From a virus (lineage: Duplodnaviria > Caudoviricetes), in the IMG/VR virus record IMGVR_UViG_3300025580_000039, positions 5,619 to 69,618 of that record: a DNA stretch of 64,000 nt. The stretch is one strand, 5' to 3'. The translations under genes were made by a program, and so were the position numbers. Positions 54,292 to 62,311 of the stretch are shown here, piece after piece. The number at the start of each line of letters is the position of its first letter. Position 1 is the stretch's first letter. The notes beneath the pieces are model-generated. The model was not told the origin of the DNA. It made no database searches and saw only the letters and a list, made by a program, of their open reading frames with translations.

Positions 54292-55071
54292 TTACGTCAC
54301 CAGGTTGCCAGTTGCGATCCATCCCAGGAACGGATCGGCCGCCGACGGCGCCTGGACCACTCGGCCCAGAGCGTCGCCACCGCCCGCGTTCGTCACCTGT
54401 CCTGCCGTCACGCCCGTGCCCGTGCTCGCGAGCACCGAGTCACCGATCGCGTACGTCAGGGTCGAGTCGTACTCGCTCGTGAAGAGGAGGGACTGGCCCT
54501 GAATGATGGCGATGCGGTTGCCCTGAATGGAGACGTCGTCGTTGAAGTTCCAGAAGTTGCGCCCCTGGAAATCCATGTCCGCCTCCGTGAGGGTCGACTG
54601 GTACGTGATGTACACGGTCTGACCCTGGACGACGGTACCGGGCAGTGGGTTGGCCCACGTGATGGTGCCGTTCGCCTGGACCACGTAGTTGGCGGCGCCC
54701 TCCGCGATGTTGGTGCCGGCACCACCCACCGCCGTACGGATGTGGGTCGTGGCCGCCGCCGCGATCGCGCGACGGAGGGCGACGTTGCCGCCCGCTGCCG
54801 GAACCACCGTCGGCTCATCGACGATGATGGTGTTGCCCGGAGTGGTCGACTTCGTCCACTTCGCGACGCCGAACAGACCGACGCCTGCCGTGCGGCCGCT
54901 GACCGTCACGTCGCCGCGAACGATCTTCCCGGCGGTGTTCATCTTGACGAGCTGACCCTGCCGGAATGCCGCGTTGACGTCTGCCTCGAAAGACAGATCG
55001 TACGCGATCTTGCAGCGAGCCAGATGCAACCCTTGCGGGAAGATTTGGCTCTGGAATGCTTCGATTGCCAT
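54292..55071 (-). CDS. Capsid decoration/cement protein, 259 aa
   Basis: Directly before the MCP; GQLVKM and TSEYD....YAIGD.V...G....LGRV...P.A.DPFLG fit the beta-tulip type. Confidence 0.7.
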   Translation of the reverse strand: MAIEAFQSQIFPQGLHLARCKIAYDLSFEADVNAAFRQGQLVKMNTAGKIVRGDVTVSGRTAGVGLFGVAKWTKSTTPGNTIIVDEPTVVPAAGGNVALRRAIAAAATTHIRTAVGGAGTNIAEGAANYVVQANGTITWANPLPGTVVQGQTVYITYQSTLTEADMDFQGRNFWNFNDDVSIQGNRIAIIQGQSLLFTSEYDSTLTYAIGDSVLASTGTGVTAGQVTNAGGGDALGRVVQAPSAADPFLGWIATGNLVT

Positions 55072-55100
55072 TTTCTCTCACCTCCTTCCCTGGCTGGATT

Positions 55101-57512
55101 TCAGGAGTTGGTCGGCCCTTTGCCGATGGACCCCAGCGCCTTGGCAGCCTCGCGCATGCGCACGAAGCCAGGCCGACCGACACTTTCGCGGATCGCGATC
55201 CGCTTCTCTTCCCGGGCCTCGACCGTCCTGGCGGACGTCTTCAGCACCGGGTTGCCCCCGAGCGCGCGGCTCTCCATCTCCATCGAGCGCGCCGACCGCA
55301 CCCGCTCTCCGCTCGGCACGACCGTCACGGTCGGAGCGGCGAGGGCATGGCGGAGGTCGCGTTCGGAGTCGGTGATGACGCGGTCGTCGAGGGTGTAGAG
55401 CTGCTTGGCGCGAGCGATCAAGCTGGCGAGATGGTCGGGCATGCCTTCCTGCATGCCGCGCTCGACCAGCATGGCGGTCAGGTCGGTCTCGCAACCTGGC
55501 CACGACTCGTTCGCGTTGATGTCGAAGGGGGTGAGGAGCGCGTCGGCCATCGCGGCCTTGAGGGGCGACTCCTCCCGGTTGAGCCGCTGGCGCTCGGAGG
55601 CGAGCTTCAGGCAGCGCTCGAACCGCGCCATCATGTCCTGCGCCTTCTTGGTCGCCAGCTTCTCGACGCGGCCCTCGATGGCCGCCAGCTTCCCCTCCCA
55701 CTCCTTCTGCTGGGCGGCGATCTTGCGCTGGAAGTACGTCTGGATCCGGGCGACCCGCTCGGAATGGTCGTGGACCTCGTCGGCGAGCATCTCGTCCCCG
55801 ATGCCACGGTCGGCCGGTTCGTCGCGGCGGTCGGAGTCGTGGTCACCGAGCGAGTCGAGCGAGTCGGCCGACACGTCGTCGATGTCGGCCGCGTTGCTCA
55901 CGCGGTCGTCGATCACGCTCGCGGGCCCCTTGCCCGACGTCTCCTGCTGGTCGGTCGCGCGGTCGCGCGCCGAATCGGTCGCGGGCTTGCCGAGCGCGTC
56001 GGTCAGGTTGTCCTCGTTGCCTTCGAGGACGGGGGCCTGCCCGTCGACCGCGTCGGTCAGGTTGTCGTCGTGGTGTTCGAGCACCTGGGAGCGCTTGGGG
56101 ATCGCGCGGAACCGGCGCATCGCCTGGTCGAGGCCGTAGTGGGCGATGTGCCTGATGAGGACGTCGCAGAACTGGACGGCCTGCTTGCGGTTGGCGAGGC
56201 GACCGGGCGCTCGGACGGCGAACAGGGTCCGACCGGTCCGCTCGTCGTACACGCGGAAGTTGCCCTGCTTGGTCGCGGCGACCGCGATGTTGGCGTACCG
56301 GCTGGCGTACCTGCGCGACAGCCGGCGGGCCGCCACCGACATGATCCCCATGTCGGCGTCGGACATGGGGGCCTGGTCCTCCAGGTCCCTCTTGTCCTTG
56401 TACTGCTCCATCGCATCCGGCGGGCCGGCGGCCGGGGCCGGCATGGGGGCCGGCTCCAACAAGCCGTCATCCTCGGCGATGGGCATGTCGCCCTCGCCCG
56501 CGAACGGCATCATCCCGGCGGCCGGCGGGGCGGCCGGCGGGGCTTCCTGGGCCATGATCGGCGCTTCCTCCTCCATCGGCGGGCCCATCGGCTGGGCGGC
56601 CTTGGGGGGCGGCGGGATCTGGGCGGGAGCGGGGGCCTGCTGGGCGGTGCGGTTCGTCATGGTCGTTTCCTTCACGTGGGCGAGCGCCTCGGCGAGCTGC
56701 TGCTCCACCTTCGCGAGCCGGCTCTTGAGGACGAGCAGCTCGGACTCGGCCCCAAGCTGCTCGGACTCGGCGATCTTGGCCTGGAGGGAGAGGACTTCCT
56801 GGGTGAGGGCCTTCGGGTCAGCCGGCTGGTCGACCGCTGACAGCTCCTCGTAGCAGACGCCCCCGCATCGCTCGTAAGCGAGGATGCCGTCGAACTCCTT
56901 CATCTTGTGGTTGGCGATGTGGCGACAGAACTGCCACCTGTTCGTCGCCTTGTTCGCGCAGACCGAACAGATGGTGTACTCCGCCACGCACCCCATCGAG
57001 AACGAGTCGATCGCACCCGTCCGGATGCCGTCCGCGTAGACCGGGTCCTTCGACCCGTCGATCGCGATCAAGCACTCGACGTACTGGTCGTCCGGGTTGG
57101 TCCGGTTGAACGTCGAGTCGACGATGAAGCCGCGGGCCGTCTTGGGGTTGTCGGCCCTGTGGTTGATGTGGTTGGGCTTGAGGTCGAACGTCTTGTAGAC
57201 CCGTCGGGCCAACCGGTGATCGAACCGGAGGAGTTCTTCGAGGGGGAAGGCGTCGCCGTTCTCGTTGGGAGCAGGGCGGTCGGGGGACAGCTCGGCCGTC
57301 ACGGCCCGCGCGACCACGAAGATGTAGTCGGACGGCGTCTTGGACACATCGTAGGCGTCGGCGACCAGCAGGAGGGCCTGCTGGAAGTCGATGGTGGACG
57401 GGACACCTCCACCGTAGGCGCTTTCGCCACCTCCTACTTGGGCCCGACGACGGAGTTGACCATCATCCAGCGACCCGACGATTACCGCGCGAGCAGCCTT
57501 GCGGAACGGCAT
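55101..57512 (-). CDS. Capsid maturation protease fused to a scaffold-like region, 803 aa
   Basis: NENGDAF..EEL...YKTF..KP..INH...ARG.IVD; FSMGC....CSVC.N...FC.H; ELSAVDQPADP; then a P/A/E linker and coiled coils. Confidence 0.85.
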   Translation of the reverse strand: MPFRKAARAVIVGSLDDGQLRRRAQVGGGESAYGGGVPSTIDFQQALLLVADAYDVSKTPSDYIFVVARAVTAELSPDRPAPNENGDAFPLEELLRFDHRLARRVYKTFDLKPNHINHRADNPKTARGFIVDSTFNRTNPDDQYVECLIAIDGSKDPVYADGIRTGAIDSFSMGCVAEYTICSVCANKATNRWQFCRHIANHKMKEFDGILAYERCGGVCYEELSAVDQPADPKALTQEVLSLQAKIAESEQLGAESELLVLKSRLAKVEQQLAEALAHVKETTMTNRTAQQAPAPAQIPPPPKAAQPMGPPMEEEAPIMAQEAPPAAPPAAGMMPFAGEGDMPIAEDDGLLEPAPMPAPAAGPPDAMEQYKDKRDLEDQAPMSDADMGIMSVAARRLSRRYASRYANIAVAATKQGNFRVYDERTGRTLFAVRAPGRLANRKQAVQFCDVLIRHIAHYGLDQAMRRFRAIPKRSQVLEHHDDNLTDAVDGQAPVLEGNEDNLTDALGKPATDSARDRATDQQETSGKGPASVIDDRVSNAADIDDVSADSLDSLGDHDSDRRDEPADRGIGDEMLADEVHDHSERVARIQTYFQRKIAAQQKEWEGKLAAIEGRVEKLATKKAQDMMARFERCLKLASERQRLNREESPLKAAMADALLTPFDINANESWPGCETDLTAMLVERGMQEGMPDHLASLIARAKQLYTLDDRVITDSERDLRHALAAPTVTVVPSGERVRSARSMEMESRALGGNPVLKTSARTVEAREEKRIAIRESVGRPGFVRMREAAKALGSIGKGPTNS

Positions 57513-57523
57513 GTCGACACGGG

Positions 57524-57555
57524 AGGTTACCCCGTGAAGTCGCGGAATTTTAGAA
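57524..57555 (-). promoter_or_regulatory. Bipartite promoter motif, copy 4: TTCTAAAATTCCG-N11-GGTAACCT
   Basis: Intergenic; same spacer; hexamer 11 nt before ATG 57512; heads the capsid operon. Confidence 0.75.
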
Positions 57556-57565
57556 GTGGGTCAGT

Positions 57566-57718
57566 CTACTTGGAGGGGGCGGGGGGCGGAGGGGGCTGGG
57601 GAGCATCCTGGTTGGGGCGGGCGACGGTGTGGTCGTGGACGCCAGGCAGCCCACAGACCGCGCACTTCTTGTCGAGCACGCCGATGATCGGCGACTTCCC
57701 GTTTTTGCGGAACGACAC
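57566..57718 (-). CDS. 50-aa zinc-finger micro-protein (GTG 57718)
   Basis: AGGAGG 6 nt upstream; CAVC...HDH; poly-Pro tail. Confidence 0.6.
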   Translation of the reverse strand: MSFRKNGKSPIIGVLDKKCAVCGLPGVHDHTVARPNQDAPQPPPPPAPSK

Positions 57719-57728
57719 GTTCAACCTC

Positions 57729-58088
57729 CTAGTTGGCCGAGAGGATCTCGGCGGCCTGCTGGTCGGCGAGGTCGTCGATCCGGATGGTCGACGACGACTC
57801 CATGACGGCTCGCACATCATACGGCCGCTTGACGCATCGGTCGAGCAGGTGGTCCATGTAGGACGGGTCGAACCGGACGACCTTGCGCCGGACCGTCACC
57901 TGGACGCCCCGGACGTCCCGGGGCTCATGGATGATGAGGGGGCGGTCGAGCCACAAGTTGAACGCCTGCTGGAGGGGCCAATCGGCCGCCCGGCACTTGA
58001 TGACCGCCCGACCCGTCTCGGTGTCGTGGGCGACGACCGCGACGTTCCGATCGGAGTCGCGGTTCCGGATGATGGCGAACCGCCTCAC
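57729..58088 (-). CDS. Hypothetical protein, 119 aa (GTG 58088)
   Basis: GTGA overlap with the upstream stop; GC3-rich from this point. Confidence 0.6.
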   Translation of the reverse strand: MRRFAIIRNRDSDRNVAVVAHDTETGRAVIKCRAADWPLQQAFNLWLDRPLIIHEPRDVRGVQVTVRRKVVRFDPSYMDHLLDRCVKRPYDVRAVMESSSTIRIDDLADQQAAEILSAN

Positions 58089-58297
58089 AGGGAGGACCCG
58101 TGTGCGGCTCGGCGCCACTGGACCGCCATCGACCCAGGCAATGAGACGGCCTGACGGGTCGCCGGCTGGCCACACCCATCGGTCGGGCAAACCACCTGGA
58201 AGGATGGGCCGGCGACCGTCAGGTCCCGGACTTCCGAGCTGCTCAGGAGGATCTCGTTCTTGTGGCCGGCTGGGCACTCGACGTCGTAGAGGGGCAT
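58085..58297 (-). CDS. FmdB-family zinc-ribbon protein, 70 aa
   Basis: MPLYDVEC..GH..E...CP..GC...R..S pattern. Confidence 0.75.
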   Translation of the reverse strand: MPLYDVECPAGHKNEILLSSSEVRDLTVAGPSFQVVCPTDGCGQPATRQAVSLPGSMAVQWRRAAHGSSL

Positions 58298-58309
58298 TGA
58301 CTCCCGATG

Positions 58310-58615
58310 CTACCGAGCTGAGCGACCCTTCGCAACCATCCGGGTCGATCGCTTCGGCCGCTTTGGTTGCACGGCCGCGGTGGTCGCATCGCGTTGACCG
58401 AGCGCATGGGCCGCGATGGTTGCGGCCCTTTTCCATGTCGCGATCTGCTCCAGCAGGACGACTCGCTCCGCTATGAGCACTTCTTCAGCCTCACGGGCTC
58501 GGCGGGCTTCACGAGCGAAGGTAGAGAGGGCTCGGACGGTGTCTACCGTCTCGCAACCATCTTGGATACTGAAGTAGATCCGCATCCACTGGTCCTCCGA
58601 CATCCGCTCATTCAT
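58310..58615 (-). CDS. Hypothetical helical protein, 101 aa
   Basis: Overlaps the upstream stop (ATGAATGA); basic tail. Confidence 0.6.
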   Translation of the reverse strand: MNERMSEDQWMRIYFSIQDGCETVDTVRALSTFAREARRAREAEEVLIAERVVLLEQIATWKRAATIAAHALGQRDATTAAVQPKRPKRSTRMVAKGRSAR

Positions 58616-58826
58616 GTGCTTCCTCGATGGTGGCGAGGGCCTCGCCCTCCTCGGCCTGCTCGCCCATCGGCTTCAGCCACGTGACCGTTCCGTTGCATGG
58701 AGCCTGGACGAGGAACTCCATCTTCATCGACTCGACCGAGATGATGTCGGAGCCGGCCGCAACGACCTGGCCGACCGAGCAGCAGTGCTGCCAGACGACG
58801 CACGCGTGGGGGGCGGGGACGTTCAC
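58608..58826 (-). CDS. Standalone biotinyl/lipoyl carrier domain, 72 aa (GTG 58826)
   Basis: V.AP...V.....VGQVV..G..I..VESMKME..V.AP..GTV...GE....GE.LATI with an intact MKM biotinylation lysine; GGAGG RBS and GTGA overlap. Confidence 0.88.
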   Translation of the reverse strand: MNVPAPHACVVWQHCCSVGQVVAAGSDIISVESMKMEFLVQAPCNGTVTWLKPMGEQAEEGEALATIEEAHE

Positions 58827-59101
58827 GACGTCCTCCACGGCACGCCGAGCGCCTTCGCCCCGCACACGCAGGCCATCAACCCGCCCGCAATGGGTTGCCA
58901 GGCATGTTGGTGGGGAGGCTCCGGCGGGGGCGGAGGTGGCTGGACCCACGCTTCACACGAGCAACCTTCCTCGTCGCACGGGTCACGCCCGATGTGAAGG
59001 CCGCATCGGTGCCCGCATCGAACGCAGACGTCTTCGCAGTCCCACGGCTCGGACCAGTGGCGGCAGTACGGGCCCGACTCGTACGTGTCCCAGTCGGTCA
59101 A
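58823..59101 (-). CDS. Cys/His-rich micro-protein, about 92 aa (TTG 59101)
   Basis: TTGA overlap; CRH, CVRCGHRCGLH, C...CSC, H.H.W...CVCG. Confidence 0.6.
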   Translation of the reverse strand: MTDWDTYESGPYCRHWSEPWDCEDVCVRCGHRCGLHIGRDPCDEEGCSCEAWVQPPPPPPEPPHQHAWQPIAGGLMACVCGAKALGVPWRTS

Positions 59102-59751
59102 AACACCGACCCCCTCACGAAGACCCGCACCGACCCGGCCCGGTCGCCCGTGTTCTTGACCGTGACCTTCAAGGCCGACCCATAGATCGTCACGAGCGTC
59201 TTGTCGCCGACGGCCGGCTTGCCCTCGGCGGCCGGACGGTACTGGCTGACGAGCGCGATGCCGTCGTAGTTGAGGTGGGGGAGGTCTTCGTCGGTTGCGT
59301 CGCGGATGCCCCGCACTGGCCATTCGAGACCTTCGACCTTCCGGGTCGGCCACGCGGATGGCTCCGGGTCGAGGGGGTCGACCGGGAAGGCCCCGCAGAC
59401 GTCCCCGGGCAAGCGGGAGTCGACCATCACGGTCTTGCCGGTCATCGGGTGGGTGCCCGAGACTAACACGCCCGATGGGACGAGCACGCGCTCCTCGTTG
59501 GAGAAGGCGAACGTCAGCTCCAAGGGGACGTCCGCCGAGGTAGTGCCGTAGTACCGCGTGAAGTTGACGGCCGACCCGTACAGCGAGATCGACTCACCCG
59601 ACTGGATGGGCTGGTCGGCCACGTGGAAGCGGACGCCGCTGCGCCATCGGATGTCGTCAAGGGTGTTACGCGGGTCACCCGGCGCGTACCAGAGGACCGC
59701 GCCGAACAGGCCGGCCCCCTCCGCGAGCTTGGGGTAGTGGGTGAAGCTCAT
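59098..59751 (-). CDS. Hypothetical beta-rich protein, 217 aa
   Basis: ATGA overlap; GC3-rich. Confidence 0.75.
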   Translation of the reverse strand: MSFTHYPKLAEGAGLFGAVLWYAPGDPRNTLDDIRWRSGVRFHVADQPIQSGESISLYGSAVNFTRYYGTTSADVPLELTFAFSNEERVLVPSGVLVSGTHPMTGKTVMVDSRLPGDVCGAFPVDPLDPEPSAWPTRKVEGLEWPVRGIRDATDEDLPHLNYDGIALVSQYRPAAEGKPAVGDKTLVTIYGSALKVTVKNTGDRAGSVRVFVRGSVF

Positions 59752-60005
59752 GACGTCACCAGCCCCACCACCTTCGTCACGCCGAACTTGGTGCGCGCCC
59801 AGAACCCGTCGAACTCCAGGCGGGCGTCGAACGACGTCCCCGACGCCACGTCGAACTCGGCGTGGCCATCAAGGGAGATCCACAACGTGTTCATCCCGAC
59901 GTTCCGGATGTTCACCTCTTTGCCCGCCGAGCACTTGATCCGCCGGGGCACCCGGGTGATCACCTCCGAGAAGCACTGGGGCGAGCCGGCAACCGTGACG
60001 GCCAT
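59748..60005 (-). CDS. Hypothetical small beta protein, 85 aa
   Basis: GAGGAG RBS; IRNVG.NTLWISLDG pattern. Confidence 0.7.
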   Translation of the reverse strand: MAVTVAGSPQCFSEVITRVPRRIKCSAGKEVNIRNVGMNTLWISLDGHAEFDVASGTSFDARLEFDGFWARTKFGVTKVVGLVTS

Positions 60006-60017
60006 AGCCGATCTCCT

Positions 60018-60560
60018 CTATCGCTTTCGATCCGGCAACGCAACGACAACCTCGACCCACCGGCCCGAGAGCTTCTCGTGGAGATCGGGGTTGACGGGCG
60101 GGACGTAGTAGCCCTGGGGGACGATCGGGTGGCCCTTGGGACCGCAGTGCTTGTCCGTGCAGCGCACCGTCTTCGGGTGGGTCAGGGGGTTGTAGCCGGG
60201 GCCCGGCACATGGAAGTCGCAGAACTGGTGGTTCCGGAAGGAGCACGGCTTGACCAACCCGACGAAGTGGTTGAGGCCCCAGAGCGCCTTGATCTCGACA
60301 CCAACCAAGTCGAACCGGAAGGCCCAGGCGGAGTCGTGCTCGAAGTCGGTCGCCCCCTTGCCCAGGCGGGCGCCGATCTCCATCGTGGCGTGGTCGCGGC
60401 GCTCTCCGTACCGGAAGGAGGGCTCACCGAATGTGAGCCACGGGAACTTGTGGTCGTGACCATCTTGGTCGTCGACGTCGATGACCTTGATGGTCGTGAT
60501 GACCCGCTTGGACTCGCGGGTGATGGCGAGGAGGTCGACTGGCTCGACGAGAGGGGTCAC
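60018..60560 (-). CDS. Hypothetical protein with Cys/His cluster, 180 aa
   Basis: GTGA overlap; C...HQFC..H...CTDKHC. Confidence 0.7.
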   Translation of the reverse strand: MTPLVEPVDLLAITRESKRVITTIKVIDVDDQDGHDHKFPWLTFGEPSFRYGERRDHATMEIGARLGKGATDFEHDSAWAFRFDLVGVEIKALWGLNHFVGLVKPCSFRNHQFCDFHVPGPGYNPLTHPKTVRCTDKHCGPKGHPIVPQGYYVPPVNPDLHEKLSGRWVEVVVALPDRKR

Positions 60561-60898
60561 GGGGTAGCCCCCCGGAGCAGCTCGGCGAGCGGCTTGCGTG
60601 TCACCATCCAGCCCGAATCGGTCGTGGCGGCTTGGTCGAGGTCGAGGTGGCCGGTCCAGCCTGGTGGCTGGTCGAGATCGGCACCACGCCGGGCGCGTTC
60701 CTGGTCGTCCTGGATGAACGACAGGGCCGCGTGGGCGGCCTCGTCGAACGCGTCGGGTGAATCGACCGCCTTGGTCAAGACGGCCGGGAACCCGACCTGG
60801 ACGTGAGCGGCCCCACCGGGCCCCACGACCCGGACGGAGTAGTCGGTGTCGTTGCAGACGAGGTAGATGGTGATCTGCCCGCAGTACCTACGTGCCAT
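60557..60898 (-). CDS. Hypothetical protein, 113 aa (start 60898)
   Basis: GGAGG RBS; GC3-rich. Confidence 0.7.
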   Translation of the reverse strand: MARRYCGQITIYLVCNDTDYSVRVVGPGGAAHVQVGFPAVLTKAVDSPDAFDEAAHAALSFIQDDQERARRGADLDQPPGWTGHLDLDQAATTDSGWMVTRKPLAELLRGATP

Positions 60899-61187
60899 TC
60901 GCGCCTCCACGGTTGCACCACATCCGAACCTTCTCGTTCGTCCGCCACGCGTTGCTGGGCACGTAGCTGTAGATCCACGTGAGCAGCGGCTTGAACCATG
61001 CGCCGACCTCCGGGGCCCACGCGCACGCCTCGCTCAGATCGTTGGTCAGGACGGCCCACAGGAACTTGTCGGGCTCGGCCCCGTCGTTGACGTAGTCGAG
61101 GAGGCCCCGCGCAACCTCGCGGGGCACTCCCTTGTCGACCAGGTTGGTGAAGTCCTTCTCGGTTGCCGCGATGTAGTTGCCGGCCAT
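60888..61187 (-). CDS. Conserved phage hypothetical protein, 99 aa (start 61187)
   Basis: GLLDYV..G..P..FL.AVL.NDL..A...W...VP..AW pattern recalled from many phage small proteins; TGATG overlap. Confidence 0.7.
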   Translation of the reverse strand: MAGNYIAATEKDFTNLVDKGVPREVARGLLDYVNDGAEPDKFLWAVLTNDLSEACAWAPEVGAWFKPLLTWIYSYVPSNAWRTNEKVRMWCNRGGANGT

Positions 61188-61897
61188 CACGCCGCCTCCT
61201 CGCTGGCCGGCTCGACCACCTCGACGTTCGAGGCGGCCGTCCAGTGGACCGTGCCGGCCGCATCCTTGACCCCGACCCTCATGGGGGCCGTGGTCGACCA
61301 GCCGCCGCGGTAGCGGGGGACCGGACCGAAGTTCTTGCCCTCCCCGTACCAGATGACCGTCCCGACCGTCCCGACCGGGACCTTGCGGCCCTTGACCACC
61401 TTGACCGTCCGGCCCTTGCGCGGGACCTTCGCCTCCGCGGCCGCCTTCTCGTCGGCCGCCCGTTTCCGCGCGGCCGCGCAGTACGCCTCGTAGGCGTCGA
61501 GCACCTCGGGGGTGGCGTCGACGGCCGCGCCGTTCGGGTAGGTCCACCCGCGCGTGCTGGCGTACTCGACCCGCTCGGTCCCCTCACCCGTCCAGACGAC
61601 CGCGTAGAAGTCGCTGTCGTCCCGCCCGTTGTACTCACCGAGCGCCAGGACCACCCCGACGTGCGTCGTCTCCATGTAGAGGGGGTCGCGGACCCAGCAG
61701 CGTCCGTGGCCGTCGGCCCACTCGGTGTAGCAGCCGTCCGACAGCTTGCCGGACAGATCCAGCGTCGTCGAGCAGTTCGGGCACTTCGAGTCGTGCGACA
61801 CGCTGCCGGCCTCGTGGCCCGGGTAGTTGGTCACGACCTCGACGGTCTCGGGGGACTCCAGCCACCGCTCCTTCGACACCATTCTGCGAACCGCCAT
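61187..61897 (-). CDS. Early protein with C-terminal KOW/SH3-like domain, 236 aa (start 61897)
   Basis: GGGAGG RBS; GRTVKVVKGRKVPVGTVGTVIW...RVGVKD..G...W....NVEVV. Confidence 0.75.
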   Translation of the reverse strand: MAVRRMVSKERWLESPETVEVVTNYPGHEAGSVSHDSKCPNCSTTLDLSGKLSDGCYTEWADGHGRCWVRDPLYMETTHVGVVLALGEYNGRDDSDFYAVVWTGEGTERVEYASTRGWTYPNGAAVDATPEVLDAYEAYCAAARKRAADEKAAAEAKVPRKGRTVKVVKGRKVPVGTVGTVIWYGEGKNFGPVPRYRGGWSTTAPMRVGVKDAAGTVHWTAASNVEVVEPASEEAA

Positions 61898-61926
61898 TTC
61901 CGACCTCCCTTCCAGCTTACAGATAC

Positions 61927-61955
61927 AGCCTAGCATGGCTGATTGCGGGTGTCAA
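61927..61955 (-). promoter_or_regulatory. Sigma70-type promoter TTGACA-N17-TAGGCT
   Basis: Consensus -35, 17-nt spacer, TGn before the -10; 29 nt upstream of ATG 61897. Confidence 0.85.
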
Positions 61956-61967
61956 GAGAAAATCGGT

Positions 61968-62195
61968 CTACTCGGGGGTGGCCTGTTCCGCCTCCTCCGC
62001 CTCGGCCCGTTCCGCCTCGAACGTGACCAGCTCGGACCAGATCGCCTCGGCCAGGTGGGCGGCTCGGTCCTGGCAGTAGACCGCGACCTTCTCGACGGGG
62101 AGGCCGCCAAGCCCGACCTTCTCCCAGGCGAACGGGTACGCCAGGCTGTTCTGGATCATCTTGGCGAGGTCTTGCTTGCCCATCAGCTTCGGCAT
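61968..62195 (-). CDS. Hypothetical protein, 75 aa (start 62195)
   Basis: GGGAG RBS; GC3-rich. Confidence 0.65.
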   Translation of the reverse strand: MPKLMGKQDLAKMIQNSLAYPFAWEKVGLGGLPVEKVAVYCQDRAAHLAEAIWSELVTFEAERAEAEEAEQATPE

Positions 62196-62216
62196 GTGAT
62201 CTCCCTGTAGGCCGTT

Positions 62217-62310
62217 GCCGGAGGGTGCCGCCACGACAACACCCTCCGGCCTTCCCGCACCCACCCTGGCCTGGGCGGGTATCGAACGGGCCAGGAGCCC
62301 GCCCACGAGC
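62217..62310 (-). other. Structured intergenic segment with up to three hairpins
   Basis: Perfect 11-bp stem GCCGGAGGGTG/CACCCTCCGGC (62217-62250), plus ACCCGCCC/GGGTGGGT and CGGGC/GCCCG stems. Confidence 0.5.
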
Positions 62311-62311
62311 C

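Noticed and set aside
58304-58330. GGTAGCAT upstream of the FmdB-like gene as a fifth copy of the bipartite promoter
   Set aside because: The -10-like half is present but the TTCTAAARTTCCG element is absent at the 11-nt spacing.
910-62306. N-terminal extensions in the ORF track (2007, 7067, 17410, 18057, 25571, 43175, 46149, 48509, 49273, 49841, 50527, 58436, 58949, 59353, 61547, 61936, 62306)
   Set aside because: They overlap upstream genes in another frame; downstream starts with an RBS or a stop-start overlap explain the genes better.
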